The notes beneath the pieces are model-generated. The model was not told the DNA's origin, did no database searches, and saw only the letters and a program-made list of their open reading frames with translations. DNA of 64,000 nucleotides from a virus, in the IMG/VR virus record IMGVR_UViG_3300046535_000406, positions 32,001 to 96,000 of that record. One strand, given 5' to 3'. Within the stretch, counting starts at the first letter, position 1, and every line of letters begins with the position of its first letter. Positions 1 to 8,668 of the stretch are shown in pieces. The position numbers and the translations under genes are program-made.

Positions 1-62
1 CAGCAGCCGGGGCACGTCGGCACCCAGAGACACGACTCGATCGATCAGCGACGCCATTCGTG

Positions 63-272
63 TCATCGCTTGTCCCTCCTGTCCACGACGTGCTGCGCTG
101 CGACAACCTCGTCCATGAAGCGCGTTACCCGGTCCGATACCACTGTCGCACGCATCGCAGCACGCTGTGCCGCCCGCGCCGCGTCAGCCGAAGCACGATG
201 GGCTTCGGCAGCCTCCGAGGCAGCATCAGTCATGCTGTTCAGGGCCTCCCGGAGCTTCTTTAGGGCGTTCAT
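63..272 (-). CDS. small Ala-rich coiled-coil hypothetical protein
   Basis: ATG at 272 (MNALKKLRE...) follows GGAGG and overlaps the stop of 269..691 (ATGA coupling). Confidence 0.55.
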   Translation of the reverse strand: MNALKKLREALNSMTDAASEAAEAHRASADAARAAQRAAMRATVVSDRVTRFMDEVVAAQHVVDRRDKR

Positions 273-691
273 GTGCCCTCCCGCCGTGGCGGACGCGACG
301 ACTTGCCCTCCTGCTCGATTTCCCGACGCAGACGGGACTCGGTGTTCATTTCCTCGAATGCCGATAGCAAGCGATCGGTGACGCTGCTCAGCTTCTCGAC
401 CGAAGGCACGAGAGCCGAAGTGGTCTTGACTGACTCCTGAGCTATGGCCTTCCATTCAGATGAGACGGAGCCACGCTCCACCTTCCCGGACAGGAACAAC
501 CCGATCAGGATCGCCATGCCCGTGATCAGACCGACCGTGCCGCCGGTCGCAAGGGTCGGTAGCTGATCGACCGTGTTCGCCGACGGAGCAATGGCCTCCG
601 CGAGCACGGCGCCCGCGCCGATCCCCAGCAGCAGCCCGACCGTTGGCAGCATCGCCACCAGAGCGATGCGCACACTCAGGCGGAGCGGCAT
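269..691 (-). CDS. two-TM membrane protein with C-terminal coiled coil (holin-like/lysis-associated candidate)
   Basis: GAGGAGG SD before ATG; two hydrophobic segments then a charged helical tail. Confidence 0.55.
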   Translation of the reverse strand: MPLRLSVRIALVAMLPTVGLLLGIGAGAVLAEAIAPSANTVDQLPTLATGGTVGLITGMAILIGLFLSGKVERGSVSSEWKAIAQESVKTTSALVPSVEKLSSVTDRLLSAFEEMNTESRLRREIEQEGKSSRPPRREGT

Positions 692-710
692 GGGACCTCC
701 TCAGATAGAG

Positions 711-740
711 CGAGGGGCCGGGCCGAAGCCCGACCCCTCG
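711..740 (-). terminator. hairpin after the major capsid gene
   Basis: Minus strand GAGGGGTCGGGC-TTCG-GCCCGGCCCCTC: long stem with C(UUCG)G tetraloop, ~20 nt after the MCP stop; weak U-tract. Confidence 0.65.
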
Positions 741-762
741 GAACTCGGTGCGAGAGCGAGGT

Positions 763-1755
763 TTAGCTCGCGGCGACCCGCGACGCGCCCCACCACAGCC
801 CGGGAGCCCCGCCCCACTCGTACCGGACCTTGTAGCGCATCACGTCGAAGTCAAACTCGTACGGATCGTCGCCACCGGCGACGTTCGTCGTGACTGGCTT
901 CTCGATGAGCAGGTCCGGCGTGTCCTTCCCGTTCAGGAAGCCCACGAGGAAGGCAGGAACGTCGTTCGGGTCGGCGAAGACGTACCACGCATCCGTCTTG
1001 GTGAGGAACGGATCGACCACGATGTCGAGGTAGTTCTGCAAGACGTTGGCGTTGCCGATCTGCGTGACGGTGCCCGTTGTGCCCACTGCCACGATCAGCG
1101 CCGAGTTGATGATCTGCCGGGCGCTGAACTCAAGGTTCGGCGGCAACAGCAGGAACTTCGGCGTGGCCGAGTAGTAGTTGTTCAGGACCGTCTGGTTGCG
1201 CATGGTCGTGATGGCGGTCTGAATGTTGGTGCTGTTGAACAGCCCCAGCGTGCCGCTCACGACGTTGTTGTTGTGCGTGTTGGTGTCGAACAGGGCGACC
1301 GCGTCGAACGCGAGGCCGTTGGCCTCTACCAGCGAGCGGGCGACCCACTGCGACAAGGTCCGGGTGGCGGCACGGCCAAACCGGCGCGGTTGCTGCCGGA
1401 TATAGCCCATGTCGTCGTTCAGGATGACGTTGCGGTTGATGCTGAAGGCGCGGCCAAACGTGCCGATCTGCCACGTGAAGGCCGCATCCCCGAGCACCGA
1501 GTCCTGATATTGGCCTTCCTCGCCGATCGCGAGGAGGTCTTCGGACTCGTACCCGACCATCGCCGTCTGCGGGCGAAGGTCAGGCGCTTCGGTGATCGAC
1601 ACGTACTGTCGCCAGACCTGCGGGACGCTCTGCGCCCAGTCGATCAGTCGGCGGTACATGACGTTGCCGAGGATGTTCGGGAAGTCCGAGGTAGACCCGG
1701 ACTCGCGAAGCTCGGCGTAGTCGTCCAGAAGCGTCTGGCGGCGATACCGTCCCAC
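763..1755 (-). CDS. major capsid protein (Mu gpT-like, HK97 fold)
   Basis: AAAGGAG SD + GTG; motifs STSDFPNIL, TFGRAFSINRNVILNDD, PKFLLLPPNLEF, WYVFADP, FLNG, YKVRYEWG typical of Mu gpT-like head proteins; position after protease/scaffold and cement genes. Confidence 0.9.
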   Translation of the reverse strand: MGRYRRQTLLDDYAELRESGSTSDFPNILGNVMYRRLIDWAQSVPQVWRQYVSITEAPDLRPQTAMVGYESEDLLAIGEEGQYQDSVLGDAAFTWQIGTFGRAFSINRNVILNDDMGYIRQQPRRFGRAATRTLSQWVARSLVEANGLAFDAVALFDTNTHNNNVVSGTLGLFNSTNIQTAITTMRNQTVLNNYYSATPKFLLLPPNLEFSARQIINSALIVAVGTTGTVTQIGNANVLQNYLDIVVDPFLTKTDAWYVFADPNDVPAFLVGFLNGKDTPDLLIEKPVTTNVAGGDDPYEFDFDVMRYKVRYEWGGAPGLWWGASRVAAS

Positions 1756-1840
1756 CGGGGACTCCTTTCGTTACTGGACTCGGGTCACCCGCCGAGTCGC
1801 CCGGGGGCCGGTTGCCATCCGGTCCGTTGTACGGCTTGGG

Positions 1841-2479
1841 TTAGGCGAGGATGCCTGCCGTTTGCAGCTTCACGATGACCGCGTTCTGTTTGGTCGCAAG
1901 CTCGGTGACGGCGGCCTTCAGGGCGGTGATCGCTGCGTTGATGTCGGTGGCCTGCTGCGCGGTCGGGTCGGTCGAACCGTTCCACGAGAGGGTGGGGTTG
2001 GTGACAGCACCGATGGTGCCGTCCGCCGATGCCCCGGTGCTGTTGTCGATGAGCGCGGGCTCGGCGGTCACCGGGATGGCCGTTGCGAGCGTGTGAAGCT
2101 CGGCGGCATCCGCTGCGGACTCGTTGTAGGTGATGCCTTCGGGGGCCAGCTGGATGATGGCCTTGGTCGAGGCCCGGTCGGTGAGGGCGAACCCGATGAG
2201 GGTGTAGCCCGCGACCGGCGTTCGGGTCAGCACGAGCGGAACGATGTCCGCTCCCGCCGACAGGTCGGACCAGATGGCGTCGCCCTTCACGGTGCCGGTC
2301 GGCACCACGATGTTGTGCGACCCCTGTCGGTCCAGCTGCGTGCTCAGACCGACAGCCACGCCGGTGATGACGAGGCCCCAGTGACCTTCCTGCTTGACGA
2401 GTTGCCCGCCAGTCAGGGCCGTCGAGGCCGTCGCCACCGGAATGTGCTTGAAGTCCCCTCGGAACGTGTTTGCGGGCAT
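1841..2479 (-). CDS. DUF2190-like capsid cement protein with C-terminal head-fibre-like extension
   Basis: N-terminal ~115 aa paralogous to 2498..2866; C-terminus DINAAITALKAAVTELATKQNAVIVKLQTAGILA resembles trimeric head-fibre tails. Confidence 0.7.
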   Translation of the reverse strand: MPANTFRGDFKHIPVATASTALTGGQLVKQEGHWGLVITGVAVGLSTQLDRQGSHNIVVPTGTVKGDAIWSDLSAGADIVPLVLTRTPVAGYTLIGFALTDRASTKAIIQLAPEGITYNESAADAAELHTLATAIPVTAEPALIDNSTGASADGTIGAVTNPTLSWNGSTDPTAQQATDINAAITALKAAVTELATKQNAVIVKLQTAGILA

Positions 2480-2497
2480 GTGTCAGTCCCTCTCGGC

Positions 2498-2866
2498 TTA
2501 CGGCGCGAAGCTGGACTGGCTGGCGTTCAGCAGCACGACCGACTTGCCGCCCGAGTCGCGGTCGGTCAGGACCTTGCCGATCACGCGGTAGCCGCTGGTC
2601 GCGGTCCGGGTGAGCGTCACGGTCGTCGCGTCGGTGCCACCGGCGGCGATGTTGGCGTAGAGCAGGTCGCCCTTCACCGTGCTGGAAGGCACGGCGATGT
2701 TGTGGGCGCCTTGGCAGTCGAGCACGGTGCTCTTGCCGGACTTGCAGGTCGTGATGACCACGCCCACGAAGCCCTCTTGGCAGCTGAGGGTGCCGCCCGT
2801 CAGGTCCGCCGATGCGGAGGCGACGGGAATGTGCCGGAAGTCTCCCTTGTACGTGCTGGCGGGCAT
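2498..2866 (-). CDS. DUF2190-like capsid cement/decoration protein
   Basis: 122-aa Gly/Thr-rich beta protein with the GVV...G.H.I...VKGD.LY...IGKV pattern, between scaffold and MCP; AGAGGAGG SD. Confidence 0.75.
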   Translation of the reverse strand: MPASTYKGDFRHIPVASASADLTGGTLSCQEGFVGVVITTCKSGKSTVLDCQGAHNIAVPSSTVKGDLLYANIAAGGTDATTVTLTRTATSGYRVIGKVLTDRDSGGKSVVLLNASQSSFAP

Positions 2867-2917
2867 CTAGCCCCTCCTCTACTTCCGCAGCGTCCGTGCG
2901 CTGCTGATTGGGTTGAC

Positions 2918-3214
2918 TCAGCCCTCGTCGGGCTGAATGTCCTCGTCGGCCTCGTCGGCCTCGTCGGACTGGCTGTCGGCTCGGTCCTGAGCCGCTTGGC
3001 GAGACTGCTCGGCGAGAGCGGCCCCCAGCGCGTCCGAGGTGTCAATCCCGAGCGTGTGGTTGCCGCTGGTCCCGTCCATGACGGTGCCGTTGATGCGTGC
3101 AAGCTGCACGGCGGTCAGGCCAGCTTCGAGCATGGTCTGATCGTTCTCAGACAGACCGTCCTCGACGGGCGTCTCATCCGCGTCGTCCGTCTCGGTGGCC
3201 TTCTTGCGTGCCAT
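2918..3214 (-). CDS. small acidic head-module protein
   Basis: GGAGG SD, basic N-terminus MARKK then very acidic; between scaffold and cement genes. Confidence 0.6.
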   Translation of the reverse strand: MARKKATETDDADETPVEDGLSENDQTMLEAGLTAVQLARINGTVMDGTSGNHTLGIDTSDALGAALAEQSRQAAQDRADSQSDEADEADEDIQPDEG

Positions 3215-3230
3215 TGGTTCGGTCCTCCGC

Positions 3231-5498
3231 TCAGGCGTTCATGCGGGAGGCGATGGACGCCTCCGCGCTGGCCGATGACTTGCTCGTCGCCGGAGCGCCA
3301 GCGGGGGTGCCCGTGTCCTTCGCCTCGCGAAGCGGGACATCCTCGTGGCCCATGCGCCGGTCGATGTCGCCTTCCATGGACTCGCGCAGGCTCTTGGGCT
3401 TGTCTGCCTCACCGGCAGCGCCCAGACCCCGGACGAGTGACGGACGCCGGATGCCGGTGGCCTCGGCGACCTTGCGGAAGCCCGCAATCTCGCGCTCGAC
3501 CTCGGTGCCCAGTGCGTCGTCGTCGGCGTAGCCGAAGCCTTCACCGACAGCCGACTCGCGGAAGCGATCGGCGATGTATTCCCGCGCCGGGCGCGGCAGG
3601 TCGCTCTCGGAGAGCATCGAGGTCACGAGCGCATTGGCCCGGCCCTTGGCCTCGACTGCGGCCTCCTTGACCTTCATCTCGGCAAGCTCGCGCTTCAGGG
3701 CGTCGAACTCCTCGCGAGAGGCGAACCCGGACTCGGCCACCTTGGCGTCTTCGGCCTTGGCCTCATCCTTGGGAGCAGCTGCGTCGTCGGCCTTCGCCTC
3801 GGTCTTCGCGGCTTCCTTGGGCTCACCCGCCTTGGGCTGCTCGTCTTCGTCGTCTGCCTCGCGGATGGCGAGATACAGGTCTGGCGCGGCCTCCCGCAGC
3901 TGCGCCGGTGTCATCTGCGCGATGTCGGCCATTTCCATCTCCTCGTAGTCGGCTTCAGCGAAGTCAATCGACCCGCCTGCACCTGCTTCGGTGACCCAGT
4001 CGATGCTGTTGATGTGCGCGATCGACTCCACGATCTGCGCGTCGCGGTTGCCCACTCGACCAGCGCGTGCCTTGCCCTTACCGAGCACGGAGAACGCCAC
4101 CTGATCGGGTGCGGCCTTCCACTTCGCGTAGACCCCGTCATCGATCACCTGAACACGGGAGCGCGGGACGCCACGGGTGTGGTCCCACTTCGTCTCCCGG
4201 ATGACGCCTACCCAGTCACGCACGTCACGCTCGGGGCGTTCGCCCTCCTCGCGACGGGTGGGATGGTTGGCGTACATCTTGCGTCCGTTGAACACGCCTG
4301 AGTCCACGGCCTCGCGGACGGAGTCCGTCGGGTAGTACCGCTTGTCACGCGAGTTGCCGAAGCCCGGTTTGATCGGGGTGATCCAGACCTCGTGCTTGGC
4401 GTCATCGAACTCGGCACCGGCCTCGGCCAGCGTCACGAGTGCATCGCCACCGCCGGACGACTCGTGGAAGCGCACGTCCTCGGGCTTTGACTCGGTGTCG
4501 GTGATGGAGAAGGACTCCTTCACCTGCGACACCGGCAGGTCGGGCTCCTTGCCCTCATCGTCGGCCCAGTTGGGGTCGTTCTTCATGTCGCAGGACGCCC
4601 CGGCCTTCATCAGGGCATCGTGGGCGCCTTGGATCATGCCCTGATCGGCTGCGCTGTTGCGCTTGCCGACCTCGGCCAGAGTCACGTCAACTGCCACGTC
4701 CATGGCCTCCTTCAGTCCCGTCAGGTAGCCACCACGGTCAGCGATTTCAGAGATGGCTTGCGCGTCGCCCTTGTCGGCGAGCATGAACAGAACGCTGTCG
4801 GACACGTGGTGGTAGGGATTGGAGTCGTCGCGAGACGACTGGGGACGCGAGTTGGTCAGGTCGCTGGCCTTGCCGCCGTACCGGGCGAACCGCTCCTCCG
4901 CCGACAGCATCTGCCCGGCGTCCTGCCCAGTGCTGGGCGGAATGTCACTGACGGGGACGGCGTCCTTGCGGCTGATCTTGAGTGCACCGATGTGCGCGAC
5001 CTCGTGGTAGCCGGGCGTGCCCTCTTTCGCGGCGGCCTTCGCTTCGAGCCCCGAGTAGAGCTTGCTCGCCGCCTCGGCGCGGTTCGCCATCGGACCGCCC
5101 GGGTGCCCGCCGGATGACGCTGAGCCGCCCTCCCAAGCGCCATAGAAGTGATCGCCCTCGTCCAGCGGCACCTCACTGGCCTCACGGAGGGTGCGATCCC
5201 ACTCGCCGGTGACCGCGTCGGCCTCACGGATGGAGTCCGGGTACTCGTCCGGGCTCTTGCCCCACTTCTTGTAGCCCTGCCGGAGCTTGGCTTTGACGGC
5301 CCCCATGGCCGCGTCGGGGATGTCGGCCTGCTGCCCTCGGAACCCGCCAGCTGAGAGTGCGGCAGCTGCGCCGGGGAGGTGGTCAGGATCAGGTGCGCCA
5401 GTCGCTGTGAGGTACGGCAGCTTCCACGTGGAGGGATCGGCTGACGGCGCGTAGGCGTAAGCCTTGCGCGGGAGCCCATCCTTCATCTGGTCGGCCAC
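3231..5498 (-). CDS. multi-domain prohead protease/scaffolding protein
   Basis: Likely start GTG 5498 after GGAGG (track start 5540). Protease core ITPIKPGFGNSRDKRYYP...KMYANHP...DVRDWVG...FSVLGKG...VESI...SIDWVTEAGAGG; acidic coiled-coil scaffold C-terminus; N-terminal accessory modules (YAYAP..PSTWKLP; KRNSAADQGMIQGAHD). Confidence 0.85.
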   Translation of the reverse strand: MADQMKDGLPRKAYAYAPSADPSTWKLPYLTATGAPDPDHLPGAAAALSAGGFRGQQADIPDAAMGAVKAKLRQGYKKWGKSPDEYPDSIREADAVTGEWDRTLREASEVPLDEGDHFYGAWEGGSASSGGHPGGPMANRAEAASKLYSGLEAKAAAKEGTPGYHEVAHIGALKISRKDAVPVSDIPPSTGQDAGQMLSAEERFARYGGKASDLTNSRPQSSRDDSNPYHHVSDSVLFMLADKGDAQAISEIADRGGYLTGLKEAMDVAVDVTLAEVGKRNSAADQGMIQGAHDALMKAGASCDMKNDPNWADDEGKEPDLPVSQVKESFSITDTESKPEDVRFHESSGGGDALVTLAEAGAEFDDAKHEVWITPIKPGFGNSRDKRYYPTDSVREAVDSGVFNGRKMYANHPTRREEGERPERDVRDWVGVIRETKWDHTRGVPRSRVQVIDDGVYAKWKAAPDQVAFSVLGKGKARAGRVGNRDAQIVESIAHINSIDWVTEAGAGGSIDFAEADYEEMEMADIAQMTPAQLREAAPDLYLAIREADDEDEQPKAGEPKEAAKTEAKADDAAAPKDEAKAEDAKVAESGFASREEFDALKRELAEMKVKEAAVEAKGRANALVTSMLSESDLPRPAREYIADRFRESAVGEGFGYADDDALGTEVEREIAGFRKVAEATGIRRPSLVRGLGAAGEADKPKSLRESMEGDIDRRMGHEDVPLREAKDTGTPAGAPATSKSSASAEASIASRMNA

Positions 5499-5592
5499 GG
5501 ACCGCCCTCCACAGGTGCACGCCTGAAACGGCGTCTGCAACGACTGGGAGGGGCCGGGCTTACGCCTTCGGCTGACCTACTTCCGGGATCGC

Positions 5593-5622
5593 AGTCTAGC
5601 GATGCTGATAACACTGCGTCAA
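5593..5622 (-). promoter_or_regulatory. sigma70-type promoter for the protease-capsid operon
   Basis: TTGACG-N18-TAGACT on the minus strand in the intergenic gap upstream of the protease gene. Confidence 0.6.
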
Positions 5623-5635
5623 TCAGGAACGCGCA

Positions 5636-6088
5636 CTACTGGCGTAGGACGACCTCGACTGGCGCTCGACGTGGGCTGAATGATCGCCCACAACCTTCCA
5701 TTCCGCAACGGAACACGGGGTGGAGGACCGATGCGTACTTGCGCGGGATGATCGCCGGGGTGATCTTCTGACGAGGAATGGGCACCTCGTCCCACGGACA
5801 TATCAGCGGCTCGGGGATCGGCGGCAGCGCGCTCGGTTGTATCGGACCGGCCACCTCCACGATCAGGCCACCACGCGGGCTGAAGTGCTTCCCGCACATG
5901 CCACAGCGGATGATGTCGTTCAGAAGCTCGGCCCAGTTGGGCGGCTTGGTGATCATGCTGCTGAGCCGGATCGGGATGATCCGCTCGCAGAAGGGGCAGA
6001 CCCAGCGGTTCTGGTAGACCGGGACGGTCAGGTCTTGGGGCTGGTCCTCGGACTCGGCGTCAGGCTTGGGGTTGACGACTGCTGCCAC
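5636..6088 (-). CDS. double zinc-ribbon protein
   Basis: Internal duplication CPFC...RCGMCGKHFSPR / CPWD...RCGMEGCGRSFSPR; start uncertain. Confidence 0.55.
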   Translation of the reverse strand: MAAVVNPKPDAESEDQPQDLTVPVYQNRWVCPFCERIIPIRLSSMITKPPNWAELLNDIIRCGMCGKHFSPRGGLIVEVAGPIQPSALPPIPEPLICPWDEVPIPRQKITPAIIPRKYASVLHPVFRCGMEGCGRSFSPRRAPVEVVLRQ

Positions 6089-6200
6089 GAGGGCAAGCCT
6101 ACAACCCGCCGGGCACGAGCGCGGGCTTCTTCCTCGGTGGTGACGAAGCCGATGCGCAGCCGCCGGGCGATCGCCAGCAACTCCTCGGGCGGTCGTTCGA

Positions 6201-6584
6201 TCATCCGACGGCCCAGCGGCGGGTCCACAGCACGATCCCGCCACCCACCATGAAGGTGGCGTCGGCCAGCGGGGGAGCGCCGACCGGCTGGGAGAAGAAC
6301 AGTTCCACACCTTCCGTGGTCGCCTCCGCCGCCACTCCCCCAGCCCGCTCGAATGCCTTCGCGGCCTTGCGGTTCATGCGCGCCCGGACTTGGATGGAGC
6401 CGGGCTGCCACGTGGCGTCAATGACCCTCCCCACCCGCTCGCCAGACTCGAACACTGCCACGCCAGACATCGAGGAGGCGTTCGCCGGAGTGAGGTGCGC
6501 CAACTCCTCCCTGTCTTCGATGACGAAGGTCACGATGGGGTCGAGCGACCGAGGCCGCTTGTGCCGCTGCATCGGATTGGTCAT
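6201..6584 (-). CDS. hypothetical protein
   Basis: ATG 6584 (MTNPMQRHK) coupled to the stop of the upstream ORF. Confidence 0.5.
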   Translation of the reverse strand: MTNPMQRHKRPRSLDPIVTFVIEDREELAHLTPANASSMSGVAVFESGERVGRVIDATWQPGSIQVRARMNRKAAKAFERAGGVAAEATTEGVELFFSQPVGAPPLADATFMVGGGIVLWTRRWAVG

Positions 6585-6991
6585 GCCTTCGCCTCCGGCC
6601 CGATGATGGCGGGCACTGGACGGGAGACGAACGACGCCACGCTGGCTGGCCGGTAGCTGGTCAGGGCGTCGCCGCTCAGGCCCAGCACGAGTGAGGCGTA
6701 GAGCAGGTCGATGGTCGGCTGCATGTTCGCAGCTGGCACTTCCTCGATCCACAGGTCCTGCCCGTTCGACAGGGCGTCAAGCGAGTAGCCGATCCAGTCT
6801 TCCCATGTCCCACGGACCGTCTCGCCCTCGGGGATCGGCGGCTTGGCGTTCTCGATGATCGTCTGGACCATGGTCGTCAGGACGCCGGGCAGGAAGCGCG
6901 CAGCGAGCGCGATCTTGGTTCCCTGCCACACGCCGACGGGCTTCCACGTGCCGGTGCCCTGTCGGAGGTACTGCAACGCGGCCCTAGACAT
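6581..6991 (-). CDS. hypothetical protein
   Basis: MSRAALQYLRQG...; protein-like composition, overlaps the stop of 6984..7289. Confidence 0.55.
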   Translation of the reverse strand: MSRAALQYLRQGTGTWKPVGVWQGTKIALAARFLPGVLTTMVQTIIENAKPPIPEGETVRGTWEDWIGYSLDALSNGQDLWIEEVPAANMQPTIDLLYASLVLGLSGDALTSYRPASVASFVSRPVPAIIGPEAKA

Positions 6992-7289
6992 CGTCATCCA
7001 CCGGGGCGTCCCAACTCGTGCCCGAGCTTCCCGGGATGCTGAGCACCATCTCACTCACCCCGGCGCAGATCAGCGTCAACGCACCCTCCGCCGCTCTCTC
7101 CTGCTCGGCCACCGTCTTCGGCGGCCATGAGGGCACGTCGTCCAGCGGAGGGGAGAGCCGGAAGACCGCCTCTGCCTCGCACGAGTCGTGCTTGACCTCC
7201 GGTCCGTGTTCGCCGGGGCAGAACTGGACGCTGACGATCACGGCGATGCTCAGCTTTGCGCCGCTGTGGACCTCGGTGCGCTCACTCAC
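6984..7289 (-). CDS. hypothetical protein
   Basis: Part of the coupled run of small ORFs between MuF and protease. Confidence 0.45.
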   Translation of the reverse strand: MSERTEVHSGAKLSIAVIVSVQFCPGEHGPEVKHDSCEAEAVFRLSPPLDDVPSWPPKTVAEQERAAEGALTLICAGVSEMVLSIPGSSGTSWDAPVDDDV

Positions 7290-7554
7290 CGAACGGTCCC
7301 GGGACTCGGCGCACGGTGCGACCGTCCATGCGGATCACCACCTCGTCTCTCACTGGGTTGGGCACTGGACGGAAGAAGTCTCGCAGGCCGCGCTCGATGG
7401 CCTCGTCAACCGTGACCACCTCCGCGCTCGCCGGAGCGTCGAGTGGTTCACCCATGGCTTCGAGCCGCCTCACGGCGATCGCCGCCTCGTGTGGCGAGTC
7501 GGTCTGGTGGGCCATCGCCCGGAGCTTGGCGATGCGGGCCTGACGATCAGACAT
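7282..7554 (-). CDS. DUF2786-like small protein (copy 2)
   Basis: MSDRQARIAKLRAMAHQTDSPHEAAIAVRRLEAMG matches the RI.KL.A.A....PHEA..A...L helical hairpin. Confidence 0.6.
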   Translation of the reverse strand: MSDRQARIAKLRAMAHQTDSPHEAAIAVRRLEAMGEPLDAPASAEVVTVDEAIERGLRDFFRPVPNPVRDEVVIRMDGRTVRRVPGPFGE

Positions 7555-7723
7555 GGGGCTTGGTCCACGTGAGCGGCGGCTCGGGCGCCCGCTGGCGCGG
7601 CCTGTTGATGGACACGCCCATGGCTGCCAGCGCAGCCTTCGCTGCCCGGGCCTCGTGGGGCGACTTCGTCTGCTCGGCCATGGCTCGCAGCTTAGCGATC
7701 CGGGCGGAGCGGTCAGCTGCCAT
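7547..7723 (-). CDS. DUF2786-like small protein (copy 1)
   Basis: MAADRSARIAKLRAMAEQTKSPHEARAAKAALAAMG. Confidence 0.6.
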   Translation of the reverse strand: MAADRSARIAKLRAMAEQTKSPHEARAAKAALAAMGVSINRPRQRAPEPPLTWTKPHV

Positions 7724-7815
7724 GGAGGCGGTCCCGGTTGACGCGAAGCGCATCCACGCATTCGGTGGCGTCCTTCAGCAGCACTTCGAGGTGCGCAATG
7801 ATCTGGATGATCCGC

Positions 7816-8296
7816 TCAGCCTGATCGGGCGCGGCTGGCTTGCTGGGTGGCTTCTGCGAGCATGATCGCAGCCTTAGCACGGTCCCTCCATCCCGGGTCC
7901 ATCGCCCAGACCCCGAGGCGCTGTTTCGCCTGCGACACGGTGCAACCGTGCAGCCGGGCGTATCGATCGAGCAGCGTGGCGTCACCGAGCCCCAGCAGGC
8001 TCTTGGGATCAGCTGCCATTCATCACCGCCAACTTCCTTGCCTCCCTTCTGGTCCTCTCGTGGGTTGCCTTGGTCACGGTCCGAGCCACTTGGGGCTCGA
8101 ACACGTCTAGGAGCCTTGCCGGGATGGGGTCGTCCGAGGCGACCGCCCGGACGTTGCCCTCCCTGTCGATCCATGCCGCAACGAACGCATCCGCCGTGAT
8201 CGTCTCCGGGTCACCGGGCTCGGGCACGATCGTCCGGCCACATTCGCCACAGTGATCCACGTCATCGGTGTCAAGGACCACGAGCCGCAGGCTCAT
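7816..8296 (-). CDS. two small hypothetical proteins (7816..8019 and 8009..8296)
   Basis: Overlapping start/stop coupling; 8009..8296 has a CGEC motif. Confidence 0.45.
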
Positions 8297-8616
8297 GCGC
8301 CCTCGCTCTCGACGCCACTGGCGTAGAAGCCGATCCAGTAAGCCATGGCCTCGTTGATGTCCTGAGTGATCGCCTCATCGGTGTGGCGGTCCACAATCTC
8401 GATCGCCTCGCGGTCGGAGGCGCCCATGGCGAGCGTCCAGAGCAGCATCGGGTGGCGCGGACCCAGCGCGTTGCGGGCGATCAGGAACAGGCGCAGACGG
8501 CGCGACTGGTCCTGCTTGGGGATCGACCAGAAGCGTTGCGGCGGCTCCTCATGGTCGATCAGTTGGAGGAACGGATCAGGGTCCGGGAAGGTGCGCGGCG
8601 GCACGGTAGGAAGCAT
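8293..8616 (-). CDS. hypothetical protein, candidate immunity protein for the MuF C-terminal domain
   Basis: 107-aa helical ORF immediately downstream of the giant MuF gene; function inferred from position only. Confidence 0.5.
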   Translation of the reverse strand: MLPTVPPRTFPDPDPFLQLIDHEEPPQRFWSIPKQDQSRRLRLFLIARNALGPRHPMLLWTLAMGASDREAIEIVDRHTDEAITQDINEAMAYWIGFYASGVESEGA

Positions 8617-8668
8617 GAAGCTAACCGGCGCTCAGAGCTATTGTTCCCGCTCCGTACATCGTACTTCC

